The position numbers and the translations under genes were made by a program. Below are positions 12,084 through 20,241 of a DNA stretch of 64,000 nucleotides, one piece after another. Each line of letters starts with the position of its first letter. Within the stretch, counting starts at the first letter, position 1. Below the pieces are notes generated by a model. The model was not told the origin of the DNA and searched no databases. It saw nothing but the letters and a program-made list of their open reading frames with translations. Source of the DNA: a virus (lineage: Duplodnaviria > Caudoviricetes); the IMG/VR virus record IMGVR_UViG_3300025653_000020, positions 44,872 through 108,871 of that record. One strand, written 5' to 3'.

Positions 12084-12091
12084 TATTTATT
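12084..12091 (-). promoter_or_regulatory. T4-type late promoter (AATAAATA)
   Basis: NATAAATA about 25 bp upstream of the gp25 start. Confidence 0.65.
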
Positions 12092-12350
12092 AAGGATTTT
12101 GACCATAAAATGGTTCAGTTCCATAAGACCAATCATCATAATCATTGTCATTGCGAATTTTCTCATGAATTTCATTCTGAAGAGAAAAATCATGCTTTTT
12201 TGGAGTAATATCATCGTTATTAATCTCCCTGAGCATCTGTTTTTTCGAGTCTCCAGGAGTTTTGCTCCAATAATCAGTAATTAGACTCGTTGTTCCCCAA
12301 ACTTCTTTCATATAATTTACGTCCCTATCTGGATTTGGTTGAATTGCCAT
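12090..12350 (-). CDS. Hypothetical cyanophage protein (86 aa)
   Basis: ORF with AGGA RBS-like sequence upstream, in series with neighbours. Confidence 0.7.
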   Translation of the reverse strand: MAIQPNPDRDVNYMKEVWGTTSLITDYWSKTPGDSKKQMLREINNDDITPKKHDFSLQNEIHEKIRNDNDYDDWSYGTEPFYGQNP

Positions 12351-12397
12351 CTGTTTGTTCCTTTTTTGAGGGTAAAACAGAACTTTTTAAGGGGTTT

Positions 12398-12853
12398 CTA
12401 TCCCTTTTGAGGTATTTTATGGTCCTTACCCAAAATTTCCTCAAGCATTTCCTTGTCCCAATGTTCGTAATATTCAGTTTTTGATAGATTTTCTCTCGAT
12501 TTTTCTAATTTTTCTCTAGATTGGCATAAAATTAAATTATATTTGCCATTATTTGTTTGAATACCTTGTATAAAGGTTTTATAACGACCACAATCCTCTA
12601 AAAATATGTAGTCTTTGTAGATGTTATTGTAGATTTCACACCACAATTGGATTGCAGAGGCATCTAGATAGTCCTCAACAACAAAAATGACGACATCATA
12701 CCCCTTTAAAGGCATAATATCGTCAATATTTGATAGTACAATCTTATAAGAAGCAGTTGAAGAGAAGGGGCAAATCGCAAAATTACCCAATTCGGGTCTT
12801 AATTTTGATATTTTGAGGATCCAATTCTGGATATGTTCTTCAATTTCCTTCAT
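12398..12853 (-). CDS. Hypothetical protein (151 aa, N-terminal ICPF motif)
   Basis: ORF track; ELGNFAICPF. Confidence 0.7.
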   Translation of the reverse strand: MKEIEEHIQNWILKISKLRPELGNFAICPFSSTASYKIVLSNIDDIMPLKGYDVVIFVVEDYLDASAIQLWCEIYNNIYKDYIFLEDCGRYKTFIQGIQTNNGKYNLILCQSREKLEKSRENLSKTEYYEHWDKEMLEEILGKDHKIPQKG

Positions 12854-12914
12854 TTTGGATTTTCCCTTCTACTTTTGCCTCATATGAGAGACTTTGGATG
12901 ACCGGATATAAGGA

Positions 12915-13061
12915 TTAACCCTGCCCTTGCCCTCTACTACGCTTACGTGCTTTATTACGAGACGTTGCGGCATACTTGGTGTGTTTACCAGAACCCTGCC
13001 GTGTTTTCTTGGGTTTTGATTCAATAAGATCTCCACCGCTAAAAGAAGGTCGCCTAGCCAT
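12915..13061 (-). CDS. Small basic protein (48 aa)
   Basis: Read by hand: MARRPSFSGGDLIESKPKKTRQGSGKHTKYAATSRNKARKRSRGQGQG; GGAGG RBS upstream. Confidence 0.75.
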   Translation of the reverse strand: MARRPSFSGGDLIESKPKKTRQGSGKHTKYAATSRNKARKRSRGQGQG

Positions 13062-13206
13062 TTACAATTTCCTCCAATTTAAGTTCATTCGGATCAATTT
13101 CACTACCCTCATAAAATTCATATGAGAGTTCTGAAAGGACTTCCGCACATTCTTCATACGAAAGCCCTGTGTACATTATTTCTCCCTTGTAGAGAATATT
13201 AAACAT
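13054..13206 (-). CDS. Small acidic protein (50 aa)
   Basis: Read by hand: MFNILYKGEIMYTGLSYEECAEVLSELSYEFYEG...; tightly packed between neighbours. Confidence 0.65.
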   Translation of the reverse strand: MFNILYKGEIMYTGLSYEECAEVLSELSYEFYEGSEIDPNELKLEEIVNG

Positions 13207-13208
13207 TA

Positions 13209-14009
13209 TCAGATAACACGAGTCTTTTCGTGCCCAACGCGAATGCGAGGATCACACCAAATCTCATATCCCTGATCTTTTGCATCGAGACAGAAGGAAA
13301 CATCCTCTCCACACATATCTTGTACTGCACCAGATTCAAAAACTTGCATCTTCGGAGCAAACCAAGGATATTCAAGATTCTCAAAGACTCCCTTCTGAAT
13401 CAATACCCAACCAAATCCTGTGTAATCAACAGTAAATGGTTTCTTACGCTTACCCATACTATCAACGGTTTCATGATTCATCACACCACCATTGTTACGG
13501 AAATCATCTTCCTCCAACCAATGAGCAACAGAAGTCGTGCGCCCATCCTCTGTAGCATACCATCCAGCAACAATACCACGCTTCTTCGATTCATCAACAA
13601 CTCCCTCTTCATCAATTGCTTCAGCAGGGAATGCCAAATCACAAAGTTGCCAAAACTTCTCAGTGTTGAAAACAATATCACTATCAATCCATAGTTGATA
13701 ATCATATTGCAACTTACCATCCCAGGGAATCTGTTTCGGACCCCTCAGAACATTTGCACCAAGACACTTACAACGTGCGAAGTTTACCATTGATGAATAA
13801 TCTTGAGAAATTTGAATTCCACATCCATTTTGTACAAGATCAAAACAGAGTTGAACAAATGCCTTCAAGAATGTAAAAGAACATCCACGTCCTGGTAGAC
13901 AGAACACAATGCTCTTACCTCGCATTCTTGCCTTGATTGCATCAATATCCCAATCCCCAGATTCCTGTGCTGTGGGAGGTTTTGCTTTAACTGTAAATCC
14001 TTTTGCCAT
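13209..14009 (-). CDS. Conserved cyanophage protein, GT-A/GT2 glycosyltransferase-like fold
   Basis: WIDSDI (DxD), TGFGWVLI, GEDVSFC, RVGHEK motifs. Confidence 0.75.
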   Translation of the reverse strand: MAKGFTVKAKPPTAQESGDWDIDAIKARMRGKSIVFCLPGRGCSFTFLKAFVQLCFDLVQNGCGIQISQDYSSMVNFARCKCLGANVLRGPKQIPWDGKLQYDYQLWIDSDIVFNTEKFWQLCDLAFPAEAIDEEGVVDESKKRGIVAGWYATEDGRTTSVAHWLEEDDFRNNGGVMNHETVDSMGKRKKPFTVDYTGFGWVLIQKGVFENLEYPWFAPKMQVFESGAVQDMCGEDVSFCLDAKDQGYEIWCDPRIRVGHEKTRVI

Positions 14010-14044
14010 GAGTAATAAAATCCTTCAGATCAATTTTATCGTGT

Positions 14045-14052
14045 TATTTATC
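14045..14052 (-). promoter_or_regulatory. T4-type late promoter (GATAAATA)
   Basis: About 36 bp upstream of the 14009 start. Confidence 0.55.
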
Positions 14053-14066
14053 TTTTGTAAACCCCT

Positions 14067-14261
14067 TCAAAACGAAGACTCAGATACTGATTTTTTATTT
14101 ACGATTAATTCTTCGTAATTTAAATCCTCTTTCTGATACTCGCTTGAAGTCAAATCTACAAGTGTAAGTAGAGTGTTCCAAGTCTTGTAAAACTCCTCTT
14201 CCTTGAGTGAGTGATACAAACATTTCTCCTTTGCGTATATGTGATATACCTTTTCTAACAT
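14067..14261 (-). CDS. Hypothetical protein (64 aa)
   Basis: ORF track, in series. Confidence 0.65.
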   Translation of the reverse strand: MLEKVYHIYAKEKCLYHSLKEEEFYKTWNTLLTLVDLTSSEYQKEDLNYEELIVNKKSVSESSF

Positions 14262-14270
14262 ATTGAATTC

Positions 14271-14426
14271 TTATTGTTTCAATGCATTATATATCATCAC
14301 TACAACTGCCCCAAATAAGACCATCAGCGGAAATCGGAATACATCAAAAAATCTTTCAGGATATCTTATGATCCACCCCGCAAAAATAACTTTCCAAAAA
14401 CTCCAATACGGTTTACGTTTACTCAT
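14271..14426 (-). CDS. Small membrane protein (51 aa)
   Basis: Read by hand: MSKRKPYWSFWKVIFAGWIIRYPERFFDVFRFPLMVLFGAVVVMIYNALKQ. Confidence 0.65.
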   Translation of the reverse strand: MSKRKPYWSFWKVIFAGWIIRYPERFFDVFRFPLMVLFGAVVVMIYNALKQ

Positions 14427-14621
14427 CTCTACATACCAAAAAATTTTTCCGGGATTTTTTTTATTTTATTTGATACCCTTCGAGGTCTTTTGAAAAAAGT
14501 CTTAGAGTGATATAGATCTCTTAGGGGCATACTTTTATAGCTTAGGGGTACCTTAAGAAAATAATATACGAGGGCCGCCTTATACTTAAGGGGCAAACTT
14601 TTTTCTAACTGCCTATCACGA

Positions 14622-14663
14622 ATGCTCCGAACGAATAAGGAATATCCCCATTCGTTCGTGCAT
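14622..14663 (-). terminator. Long RNA hairpin closing the early gene block
   Basis: Minus-strand CGAACGAAUGGGGA-UAU-UCCUUAUUCGUUCG: 14-bp stem with two G-U pairs that form only on the minus strand; just after the stop at 14673; no clear U-tract. Confidence 0.55.
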
Positions 14664-14672
14664 CGCTAAGTG

Positions 14673-14909
14673 TCAACGAAGGGCAGACTTAAGTGCAATC
14701 TCTTCAGGGCGGAGTTGCCCTGCTTTGAGTCTACCATTGCCACCCGTAGAGTTATTCCAACGGGTGCCAGCACCGCCTACACGACTCATCACCAATTCAC
14801 TGCGGCGGGGTTTACGTTGCGGCAAACGAGTAACCTTCACCTTCCCTTGAATCTCAGCGATGAGAAGGTCAGTGGAGGATGCAGCAGCAAGTGTCGAAAT
14901 GTCGGTCAT
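14673..14909 (-). CDS. Hypothetical early protein (78 aa, basic)
   Basis: ORF track. Confidence 0.65.
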   Translation of the reverse strand: MTDISTLAAASSTDLLIAEIQGKVKVTRLPQRKPRRSELVMSRVGGAGTRWNNSTGGNGRLKAGQLRPEEIALKSALR

Positions 14910-14954
14910 CAGTGAGTGTCGTTTAGGAATGAATGAGAGTATAAAGGAACCCGA

Positions 14955-15134
14955 TCAATCTAGGCATCCCTTATCGTCTAGAATGCCCCAACAAATGTCC
15001 ACTCCGTTGACAGCAGGATAGATTCCAAAGTAACAGCGCCCCACAGAAATGGCGAAGAATTCGTCACCTGTGCGTGCGGTGCGATCTAGCGCAACGTAGA
15101 AAATGTTGCTGAGAGAGATAGGAGTTGAAATCAT
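14955..15134 (-). CDS. Hypothetical early protein (59 aa, MISTPISL...)
   Basis: Internal ATG of the listed 110-aa ORF; the upstream part overlaps another ORF. Confidence 0.55.
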   Translation of the reverse strand: MISTPISLSNIFYVALDRTARTGDEFFAISVGRCYFGIYPAVNGVDICWGILDDKGCLD

Positions 15135-15171
15135 CTTAAGTGTCAACGAATGGGAGATGTATGGGAAAGAG

Positions 15172-15348
15172 TTAACCTTGCTTCCCAACGTAGTCTGTAT
15201 GCAACCCTGCAAGTTCAGCAGTAGGGTAACCATCGATTTTCCAACCACGGGTATGGGAATTCGCTTGAGATTTGCCCTTTGAAACATTAGTCCCCACCCA
15301 GATAGTTTGGCGGGTTTTGATGTCAGTTGCTTGCGACCAGAGTGCCAT
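15172..15348 (-). CDS. Hypothetical early protein (58 aa, MALWSQATDIKTRQ...)
   Basis: Read by hand; below the track threshold. Confidence 0.6.
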   Translation of the reverse strand: MALWSQATDIKTRQTIWVGTNVSKGKSQANSHTRGWKIDGYPTAELAGLHTDYVGKQG

Positions 15349-15376
15349 AGGAATTCAGGTAAAAGTTACAGAGAAA

Positions 15377-15622
15377 TCAGAATGCAATCTGCTCAAGAGT
15401 AGGAGACGAAATTGCCGCATAATGTGCAGCGCAATCGTTAATGTTCTCTTCTACGATTGCATCAACCAAAGTGTCAAGGATTTCAAGGATTTGAGTTCCG
15501 TTAGCACCTTGGCGAAGCATACCGATAGAGGTCGAACGATCGAACATTTGAGAAAGAAAGAAACAACGTTTTGGGGATTTGCCCTGCTGAGAGAATCGAA
15601 CTCTCACACCGTTAAGTGTCAC
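15377..15622 (-). CDS. Hypothetical early protein (start uncertain)
   Basis: ORF track; the true start may be the internal MFDRSTS. Confidence 0.5.
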   Translation of the reverse strand: MTLNGVRVRFSQQGKSPKRCFFLSQMFDRSTSIGMLRQGANGTQILEILDTLVDAIVEENINDCAAHYAAISSPTLEQIAF

Positions 15623-15676
15623 CAGAGCAGAGAAGAAAGGCAGAGTTGATGTAGGGAACTCTGCAACCCTTAGTGA

Positions 15677-16114
15677 TCAGTTATCGGAGAAAATGTGGAT
15701 GGGGCAATAGGTATCACCGTCATTGCAGGCAGTGAAATCATAGCGAAGATTGGTGTCCCAAGTTGCTTGCCAATCGACAACAACATAGGAAGGAACGTCA
15801 CCGTAAACTTCAACGGTATATTCTTCGGCAAAATCTGCCTCAGATTGATAATGTCCACGGTAGCGATCGTCGCAGTCCTGAATGTAGGAGATGCACCCCA
15901 TTTCTTCGATCAAAGCGTCAACCGCTTCATAACCGATTGCTTCACCACAGCGCACATATTCTTCATAATAAGTCACGAAATCGGACTCATTTTGCTCATC
16001 AATGAACTCTAGCATTGCTGCCAGTTCATAGTTCTCATCCAGCAATTCGTCGATCTTGCTCACAGTGTTAGCGGCAAGCATTTCACGATAGTTTGCAGTC
16101 AGAGTCACGGTCAT
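15677..16114 (-). CDS. ardA: ArdA-like antirestriction (DNA mimic) protein
   Basis: Very acidic; YRGHYQSEADFAEEY...VPSYVVVDWQATWDTNLRYDF matches the ArdA C-terminal pattern. Confidence 0.75.
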   Translation of the reverse strand: MTVTLTANYREMLAANTVSKIDELLDENYELAAMLEFIDEQNESDFVTYYEEYVRCGEAIGYEAVDALIEEMGCISYIQDCDDRYRGHYQSEADFAEEYTVEVYGDVPSYVVVDWQATWDTNLRYDFTACNDGDTYCPIHIFSDN

Positions 16115-16174
16115 TTGAGTTAGTTAAGAGGTGAGCAGTGAGGCGGGGTTCGTTTCCCTCCCCCCGTTGAAACC

Positions 16175-16244
16175 AATATAGGATTTTTGGGGGGGCAGGT
16201 CAAGGGGTTTCAGGGCATTTGGGTCCAGTTCGGGAATTGGCACA
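16175..16244 (-). promoter_or_regulatory. Early promoter with upstream palindrome (TTGACC-17-TATATT; palindrome 16221-16244)
   Basis: Drives ardA; palindrome lies 40 bp from the -10 box instead of the usual ~29. Confidence 0.75.
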
Positions 16245-16329
16245 CGGGCGGCTGACTTAAGTATAAAGAAACGCCCAGAGATGCCTCTAGAAGGCGCTAC
16301 AATGCCCCTGAAACATTCTCAGGGTGTCT

Positions 16330-16536
16330 TCACACGAATTCCATCAGAATGTAGTCTGTCGGCAACTCATACTCTTCTGCCATCTTGTTAACTTGAGTCC
16401 AGAATTCTTCGGACTCTTCATGATGCTTAATGAACAGGTCTAGAGTAGAGTCACTCATCCAAGATTTCTGATTCAGACTTGACATAGGGTCTCCTTTTGA
16501 TGTATAATGTGCCTTGTCACCAATGATGACAATCAA
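16330..16536 (-). CDS. Hypothetical early protein (start uncertain)
   Basis: ORF track; acidic C-terminal half. Confidence 0.55.
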   Translation of the reverse strand: MIVIIGDKAHYTSKGDPMSSLNQKSWMSDSTLDLFIKHHEESEEFWTQVNKMAEEYELPTDYILMEFV

Positions 16537-16545
16537 GACTCTAAG

Positions 16546-17445
16546 TTAACTAGAAACAGAGAACTTAGAGTTGTTGAAGTTTGCCATACTGAACACTTCA
16601 CGATTTACCAACTTAATTGACCCCAAGGCATTAGAAAAGACGTAACCTTCGGCATCAATTCGATCATAACCAATGTAAGCAGCAGGACCCAAGTTACGGC
16701 AGAGGAATAGAGCATCTTCTTTGATGGACTTAACGAGTTTCCAGAATTCAATCAGAAGGTGATCACAATCGAAGTCTTTTGCATCGATTTCCTGACCCTC
16801 ACGAATGCACTTGTTGAGTTGCCTTGTGATCTTGATTGCTTCCTTAGGAGTTGCAAAATTCACAAGTTGTGCCATTTGCTTAGCGAAACCAATAACTTCC
16901 TTAAGGTCATGAAACTGGTTGGAATCACTGTGCTGAACGTAGCACTCTGGTTTCAGAAAGTAACACGTTTCAGTGGAAGAAAGGTTATCAACCAAAGGGT
17001 AACATACAGCGTCACGAAGGTCATTTTCTGCGAAGTATTCGGTATGGGGAGCAATAATGATTTGCTGATCGATTACCTCACCAAACTTGTAAGTGATCGT
17101 GTTGGGAGTAAACTCATCGCTATCGCCAAACCCAATAAAATCACCTTGGATGATAGAATCGGTGTGAGGAAGACAATCAAAGCAGCAATGCAGAATAACC
17201 GCAACCTCACCCGAATAGAACTGGTCAATTTCTTCATGAGAGTGTGCAATTCGGATTTTAACCTTGTTAAAAACTGCCTTAGTTCCTACGAAACGAAGAC
17301 CATTGGCGGGGTTAATCCCCCAAACGATTGCAGGTGCTCCGTCAAGTTTGACGGAGAGGTGACCCTCATGGAGCAGACAATCAAGTGCTTTAAGGTCACC
17401 CGAGAGAACCGTATCTTCAGGGTGTTCGAGGTGGAGATTTTGCAT
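16546..17445 (-). CDS. Conserved phage protein with ligase/nucleotidyltransferase-like motifs
   Basis: HLEHPED; SVKLDG (KxDG), IQGD, EGYV, IKLV; start moved to MQNLHL because the listed start lies inside the promoter. Confidence 0.7.
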   Translation of the reverse strand: MQNLHLEHPEDTVLSGDLKALDCLLHEGHLSVKLDGAPAIVWGINPANGLRFVGTKAVFNKVKIRIAHSHEEIDQFYSGEVAVILHCCFDCLPHTDSIIQGDFIGFGDSDEFTPNTITYKFGEVIDQQIIIAPHTEYFAENDLRDAVCYPLVDNLSSTETCYFLKPECYVQHSDSNQFHDLKEVIGFAKQMAQLVNFATPKEAIKITRQLNKCIREGQEIDAKDFDCDHLLIEFWKLVKSIKEDALFLCRNLGPAAYIGYDRIDAEGYVFSNALGSIKLVNREVFSMANFNNSKFSVSS

Positions 17446-17459
17446 TTGAGTGTCAGTGA

Positions 17460-17542
17460 GGTTCCCTTTGTTCGTTACTTCGTAACAATAGTCGATCACG
17501 GTGCCCTTTGGGGGGAATGGTGGGCACTCCCCCGATTGGCAC
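17460..17542 (-). repeat. 83-bp promoter cassette, copy 1 (copy 2 at 18972-19054)
   Basis: About 6 mismatches between copies; last 43 bp identical. Confidence 0.9.
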
Positions 17543-17590
17543 AGGGGGTCGGCCGACCTGAGTATAAAGAACTCAGGGGCACGGTTAGTG

Positions 17591-17908
17591 TCAGCAAACC
17601 AACTCCATGTTCAGGTTATTCACACACTGAACACCGCAATAGTATGCATCCAACCAGTTAGAGAAAAATTCAACAGTTTCAGTAACAGAGTGGCGAGAAT
17701 TCACCTCTTTACGATAAGAAACTGCGAACACATCCACAGTTCCGTTGTCAACGTACTTTGCAGAGTGAGTGATAGCAATGGCGCTATTCTCCTTGAAACG
17801 ATACACTGAACGAGTGTTCAGGTGATGAGCAGTCAACTCACTGCCAAAGTGTTGCTCTGCCTTCCAACCTTGGGAGAAAAGTGACATTTGAGTTGCGTTG
17901 TTTTCCAT
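17591..17908 (-). CDS. Hypothetical early protein
   Basis: ORF downstream of a palindrome promoter. Confidence 0.65.
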   Translation of the reverse strand: MENNATQMSLFSQGWKAEQHFGSELTAHHLNTRSVYRFKENSAIAITHSAKYVDNGTVDVFAVSYRKEVNSRHSVTETVEFFSNWLDAYYCGVQCVNNLNMELVC

Positions 17909-17992
17909 GATCCTATAATTGCACAGATCGCCGCCAATTTCAACCGCTCTTGTGCCACTCTGCCAACTGGTTGCGGCGGCTGACCTGAGTAT

Positions 17993-18018
17993 AAAGAAAG
18001 GGGAGTTAATCCTCCCCT
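17993..18018 (-). terminator. Intrinsic terminator
   Basis: AGGGGAG-GAUUAA-CUCCCCU followed by UUCUUU. Confidence 0.75.
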
Positions 18019-18108
18019 GATGTAGAGTGTTGAGAGTTTATCACCAGCAGTAGAGTTGCCAACTGACTCACTAGGAGTGGTGATCGGGTGTCCTGTGCCC
18101 CTCTCAAC
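17993..18108 (-). ncRNA. Candidate structured small RNA (~115 nt)
   Basis: Own palindrome promoter (-10 at 18115-18120) and terminator; no ATG ORF; nested stems GUUGAGAG/CUCUCAAC and AUCACCA/UGGUGAU. Confidence 0.6.
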
Positions 18109-18181
18109 TTCTATACAATACACGATTTAGGTGCCCTGTGTTGAAATAGTGGACACCTTGCCAACTGTTCGGGCATCCGAC

Positions 18182-18373
18182 TCAGTTAGTGTTACTTTCC
18201 TCCAAAATGTGTGGGTAGTATTCATTAACTTCTTCAGTCAATTCATCATCCGAATACTTATCATAACCTTCCATCAGGTAGTCATAACAAAGGCAGGTCA
18301 TTGTCTTAAGGTCCATGTCATCAATTATTTGCTGGACCATTTGATCTTGGAGGTCTTTGCGGTTCATTGTCAT
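18182..18373 (-). CDS. Hypothetical acidic early protein (63 aa)
   Basis: ORF track; ATGA overlap with the upstream gene. Confidence 0.7.
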   Translation of the reverse strand: MTMNRKDLQDQMVQQIIDDMDLKTMTCLCYDYLMEGYDKYSDDELTEEVNEYYPHILEESNTN

Positions 18374-18687
18374 TTGAGAATGGTACGGTAGTCAATAGAT
18401 TTGATGCACCAACCTGTAGCATCACTAATCCCATCAACTAAATCTTCTTCATTGTCTACCTCCAAGATTTGCCCAATGTATTCTTGAGCAAGTTTTTCTT
18501 CGGTGCAGATTCTATCACTCTCAGACCAGTAATCTTCAGGGTTTGCACCTTCATTAAAGATGTCTTCATCAAGACTACAATCGAACTCAATGTTGGTGAT
18601 TTGAAATTGCATACTCAATTTTCGTTCGGGAATGTCAAAGATTTCACCAGGCATGTCTTGAATCTCTTGCCAAAGTTCATCAAACAT
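18370..18687 (-). CDS. Hypothetical acidic early protein
   Basis: ORF track; ISDATGWCIKSIDY. Confidence 0.7.
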   Translation of the reverse strand: MFDELWQEIQDMPGEIFDIPERKLSMQFQITNIEFDCSLDEDIFNEGANPEDYWSESDRICTEEKLAQEYIGQILEVDNEEDLVDGISDATGWCIKSIDYRTILK

Positions 18688-18730
18688 TGTAGAATAGGAA
18701 AAGGGGTTTGAGTTAATTAACGAAGGGGAT

Positions 18731-18970
18731 TTACCCCTTCATTTCAGTCAGCATCTCATCAAGTTCTTGAGTATTGATGAGTCCATCCATCCAACGTACA
18801 CCATCAGGAGTCATCTGACCCCACAAAAGTTCAAGGCGGGGAATGCACGAATCATAGGAAGTTTCACCCAGACACTTACGATAGGTTTCATAATCGTTCT
18901 GGATCCATAATGAAACATTCCATGTTTCGTAGTTTGCCCAACCATTAAATCTAGTGGAAGTTGCAGTCAT
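18731..18970 (-). CDS. Conserved phage hypothetical protein (NGWANYETW motif)
   Basis: Start moved downstream of the promoter (MTATSTRF). Confidence 0.7.
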   Translation of the reverse strand: MTATSTRFNGWANYETWNVSLWIQNDYETYRKCLGETSYDSCIPRLELLWGQMTPDGVRWMDGLINTQELDEMLTEMKG

Positions 18971-18971
18971 C

Positions 18972-19054
18972 GGTTCCGTTTGTCCGTTACTTTGTAACAA
19001 TAGTCGGTCGAGGTGCCCTTTGGGGGGAATGGTGGGCACTCCCCCGATTGGCAC
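18972..19054 (-). repeat. 83-bp promoter cassette, copy 2
   Basis: Near-identical to 17460-17542. Confidence 0.9.
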
Positions 19055-19063
19055 TAAGGTCAG

Positions 19064-19225
19064 TCATTGGCGTCCCCAAAATTCATCATCAGCATACATT
19101 TGATGCCAACCATAGTTCAATTCTTCAAAGAATGCACAACGATCAATGTTGTCATTGTATTCACTGAACCTGAAGTAAAATACATTACGCCAGTGCCAGT
19201 AGGCATCACTGAACCATTCGGTCAT
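19064..19225 (-). CDS. Hypothetical aromatic-rich early protein
   Basis: MTEWFSDAYWHW...; downstream of a palindrome promoter. Confidence 0.6.
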   Translation of the reverse strand: MTEWFSDAYWHWRNVFYFRFSEYNDNIDRCAFFEELNYGWHQMYADDEFWGRQ

Positions 19226-19369
19226 TGGTTTCGTTTGAACTTCAGTCATTATAGGCACGGGGTAGGGCGGTTTCGGGGCAGGAGTGGACAGTCTGCCAAC
19301 TGGCACACGGGCAGCCGACCTGGGTATAAAGAATGGGAGGATATTTCACCTCCCGTTGTTGTCTAGAAC

Positions 19370-19735
19370 TCACGCATAGGCATACACAAATGCACCACCA
19401 ATCTTGTTACGATAATCATTCAGAGTTGCCAGGATTTGATTGCGGCGGGTATAAAGAACCACGCAACCTTCCCAGAACAGAATGCTCACGAAGATCACGG
19501 CAGCAATGAACTTAATGGTCCATTCTTTCACCGTAGCATGTAGATGGTGGCGGTAGAATGTGCCCACAATGTAACCAGCATTGTATACCTTTTCAATACC
19601 CGTAGCAAGGGCATTCAGGCACCACAGGAGTGCAGAAATGGTGAAGATTTCAGATGCAAACATGTAAACTTTGGTTCCGTAAGTAGCAACAGTTTCGATT
19701 GCCTCAATGGCAGGAGCGATAGAAGAAATGTTCAT
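19370..19735 (-). CDS. Hypothetical membrane protein (121 aa)
   Basis: MNISSIAP...; two hydrophobic segments. Confidence 0.65.
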   Translation of the reverse strand: MNISSIAPAIEAIETVATYGTKVYMFASEIFTISALLWCLNALATGIEKVYNAGYIVGTFYRHHLHATVKEWTIKFIAAVIFVSILFWEGCVVLYTRRNQILATLNDYRNKIGGAFVYAYA

Positions 19736-19869
19736 TGTTCGAGTGTAGAGAAAGGAACGAATTTGATTGTGGGAGAATGCGTTTCTCAACCACGAATCCA
19801 ACCTAGAACATTTTGGGGGGATCCACAAGGGGGGTTTGTGCCACCTTGTGGACTGGCACAAGAAAAATA

Positions 19870-19998
19870 TTAATTAGATGCGTTTTCTGCAAAGTCCTGT
19901 ATACCTTGCACGGCACGATTGCCAATTGCTGCAATACCATTGAACCCAACGGTTGCAATCACAATTCCAGTTACGATTCCGAAAAGAAATTTACCCAT
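19870..19998 (-). CDS. Small membrane protein (42 aa)
   Basis: Read by hand: MGKFLFGIVTGIVIATVGFNGIAAIGNRAVQGIQDFAENASN. Confidence 0.6.
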   Translation of the reverse strand: MGKFLFGIVTGIVIATVGFNGIAAIGNRAVQGIQDFAENASN

Positions 19999-20052
19999 TG
20001 GTTTTAAACGAAAGGTACAAAAAAAGGGGGAAGGATTAATCCCCCTTAGGTG

Positions 20053-20241
20053 TCACGAACCGAAGAATTCTTCAAACTCATCAGCAACACGATCGATGAT
20101 AAAATCGGTGGCATCAATGTTAAACACGTCACAAACCCAATCGACGCAATCATTCAGATCGGTGTGATAGTTGCACATAAATTCACGAAGTGCAGGTGCA
20201 ATTTCAAGATCGAACTGATGAACTTCGGAGGCAGTAGGCAT
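20053..20241 (-). CDS. Hypothetical acidic early protein
   Basis: MPTASEVHQF...EFEEFFGS. Confidence 0.65.
   Translation of the reverse strand: MPTASEVHQFDLEIAPALREFMCNYHTDLNDCVDWVCDVFNIDATDFIIDRVADEFEEFFGS

Noticed and set aside
16759-17661. 300-aa plus-strand ORF, and similar ones at 30596-31978, 37361-38347 and 43474-44331
   Set aside because: Antisense shadows of well-supported minus-strand genes, with no recognisable motifs
17876-17908. QMSLF as a beta-clamp-binding motif
   Set aside because: The likely true start is the internal Met of MSLF, which would remove the Gln; single occurrence
17833-18123. 96-aa minus-strand ORF over the ncRNA candidate
   Set aside because: Starts inside the -10 region and reads through a terminator and the next promoter
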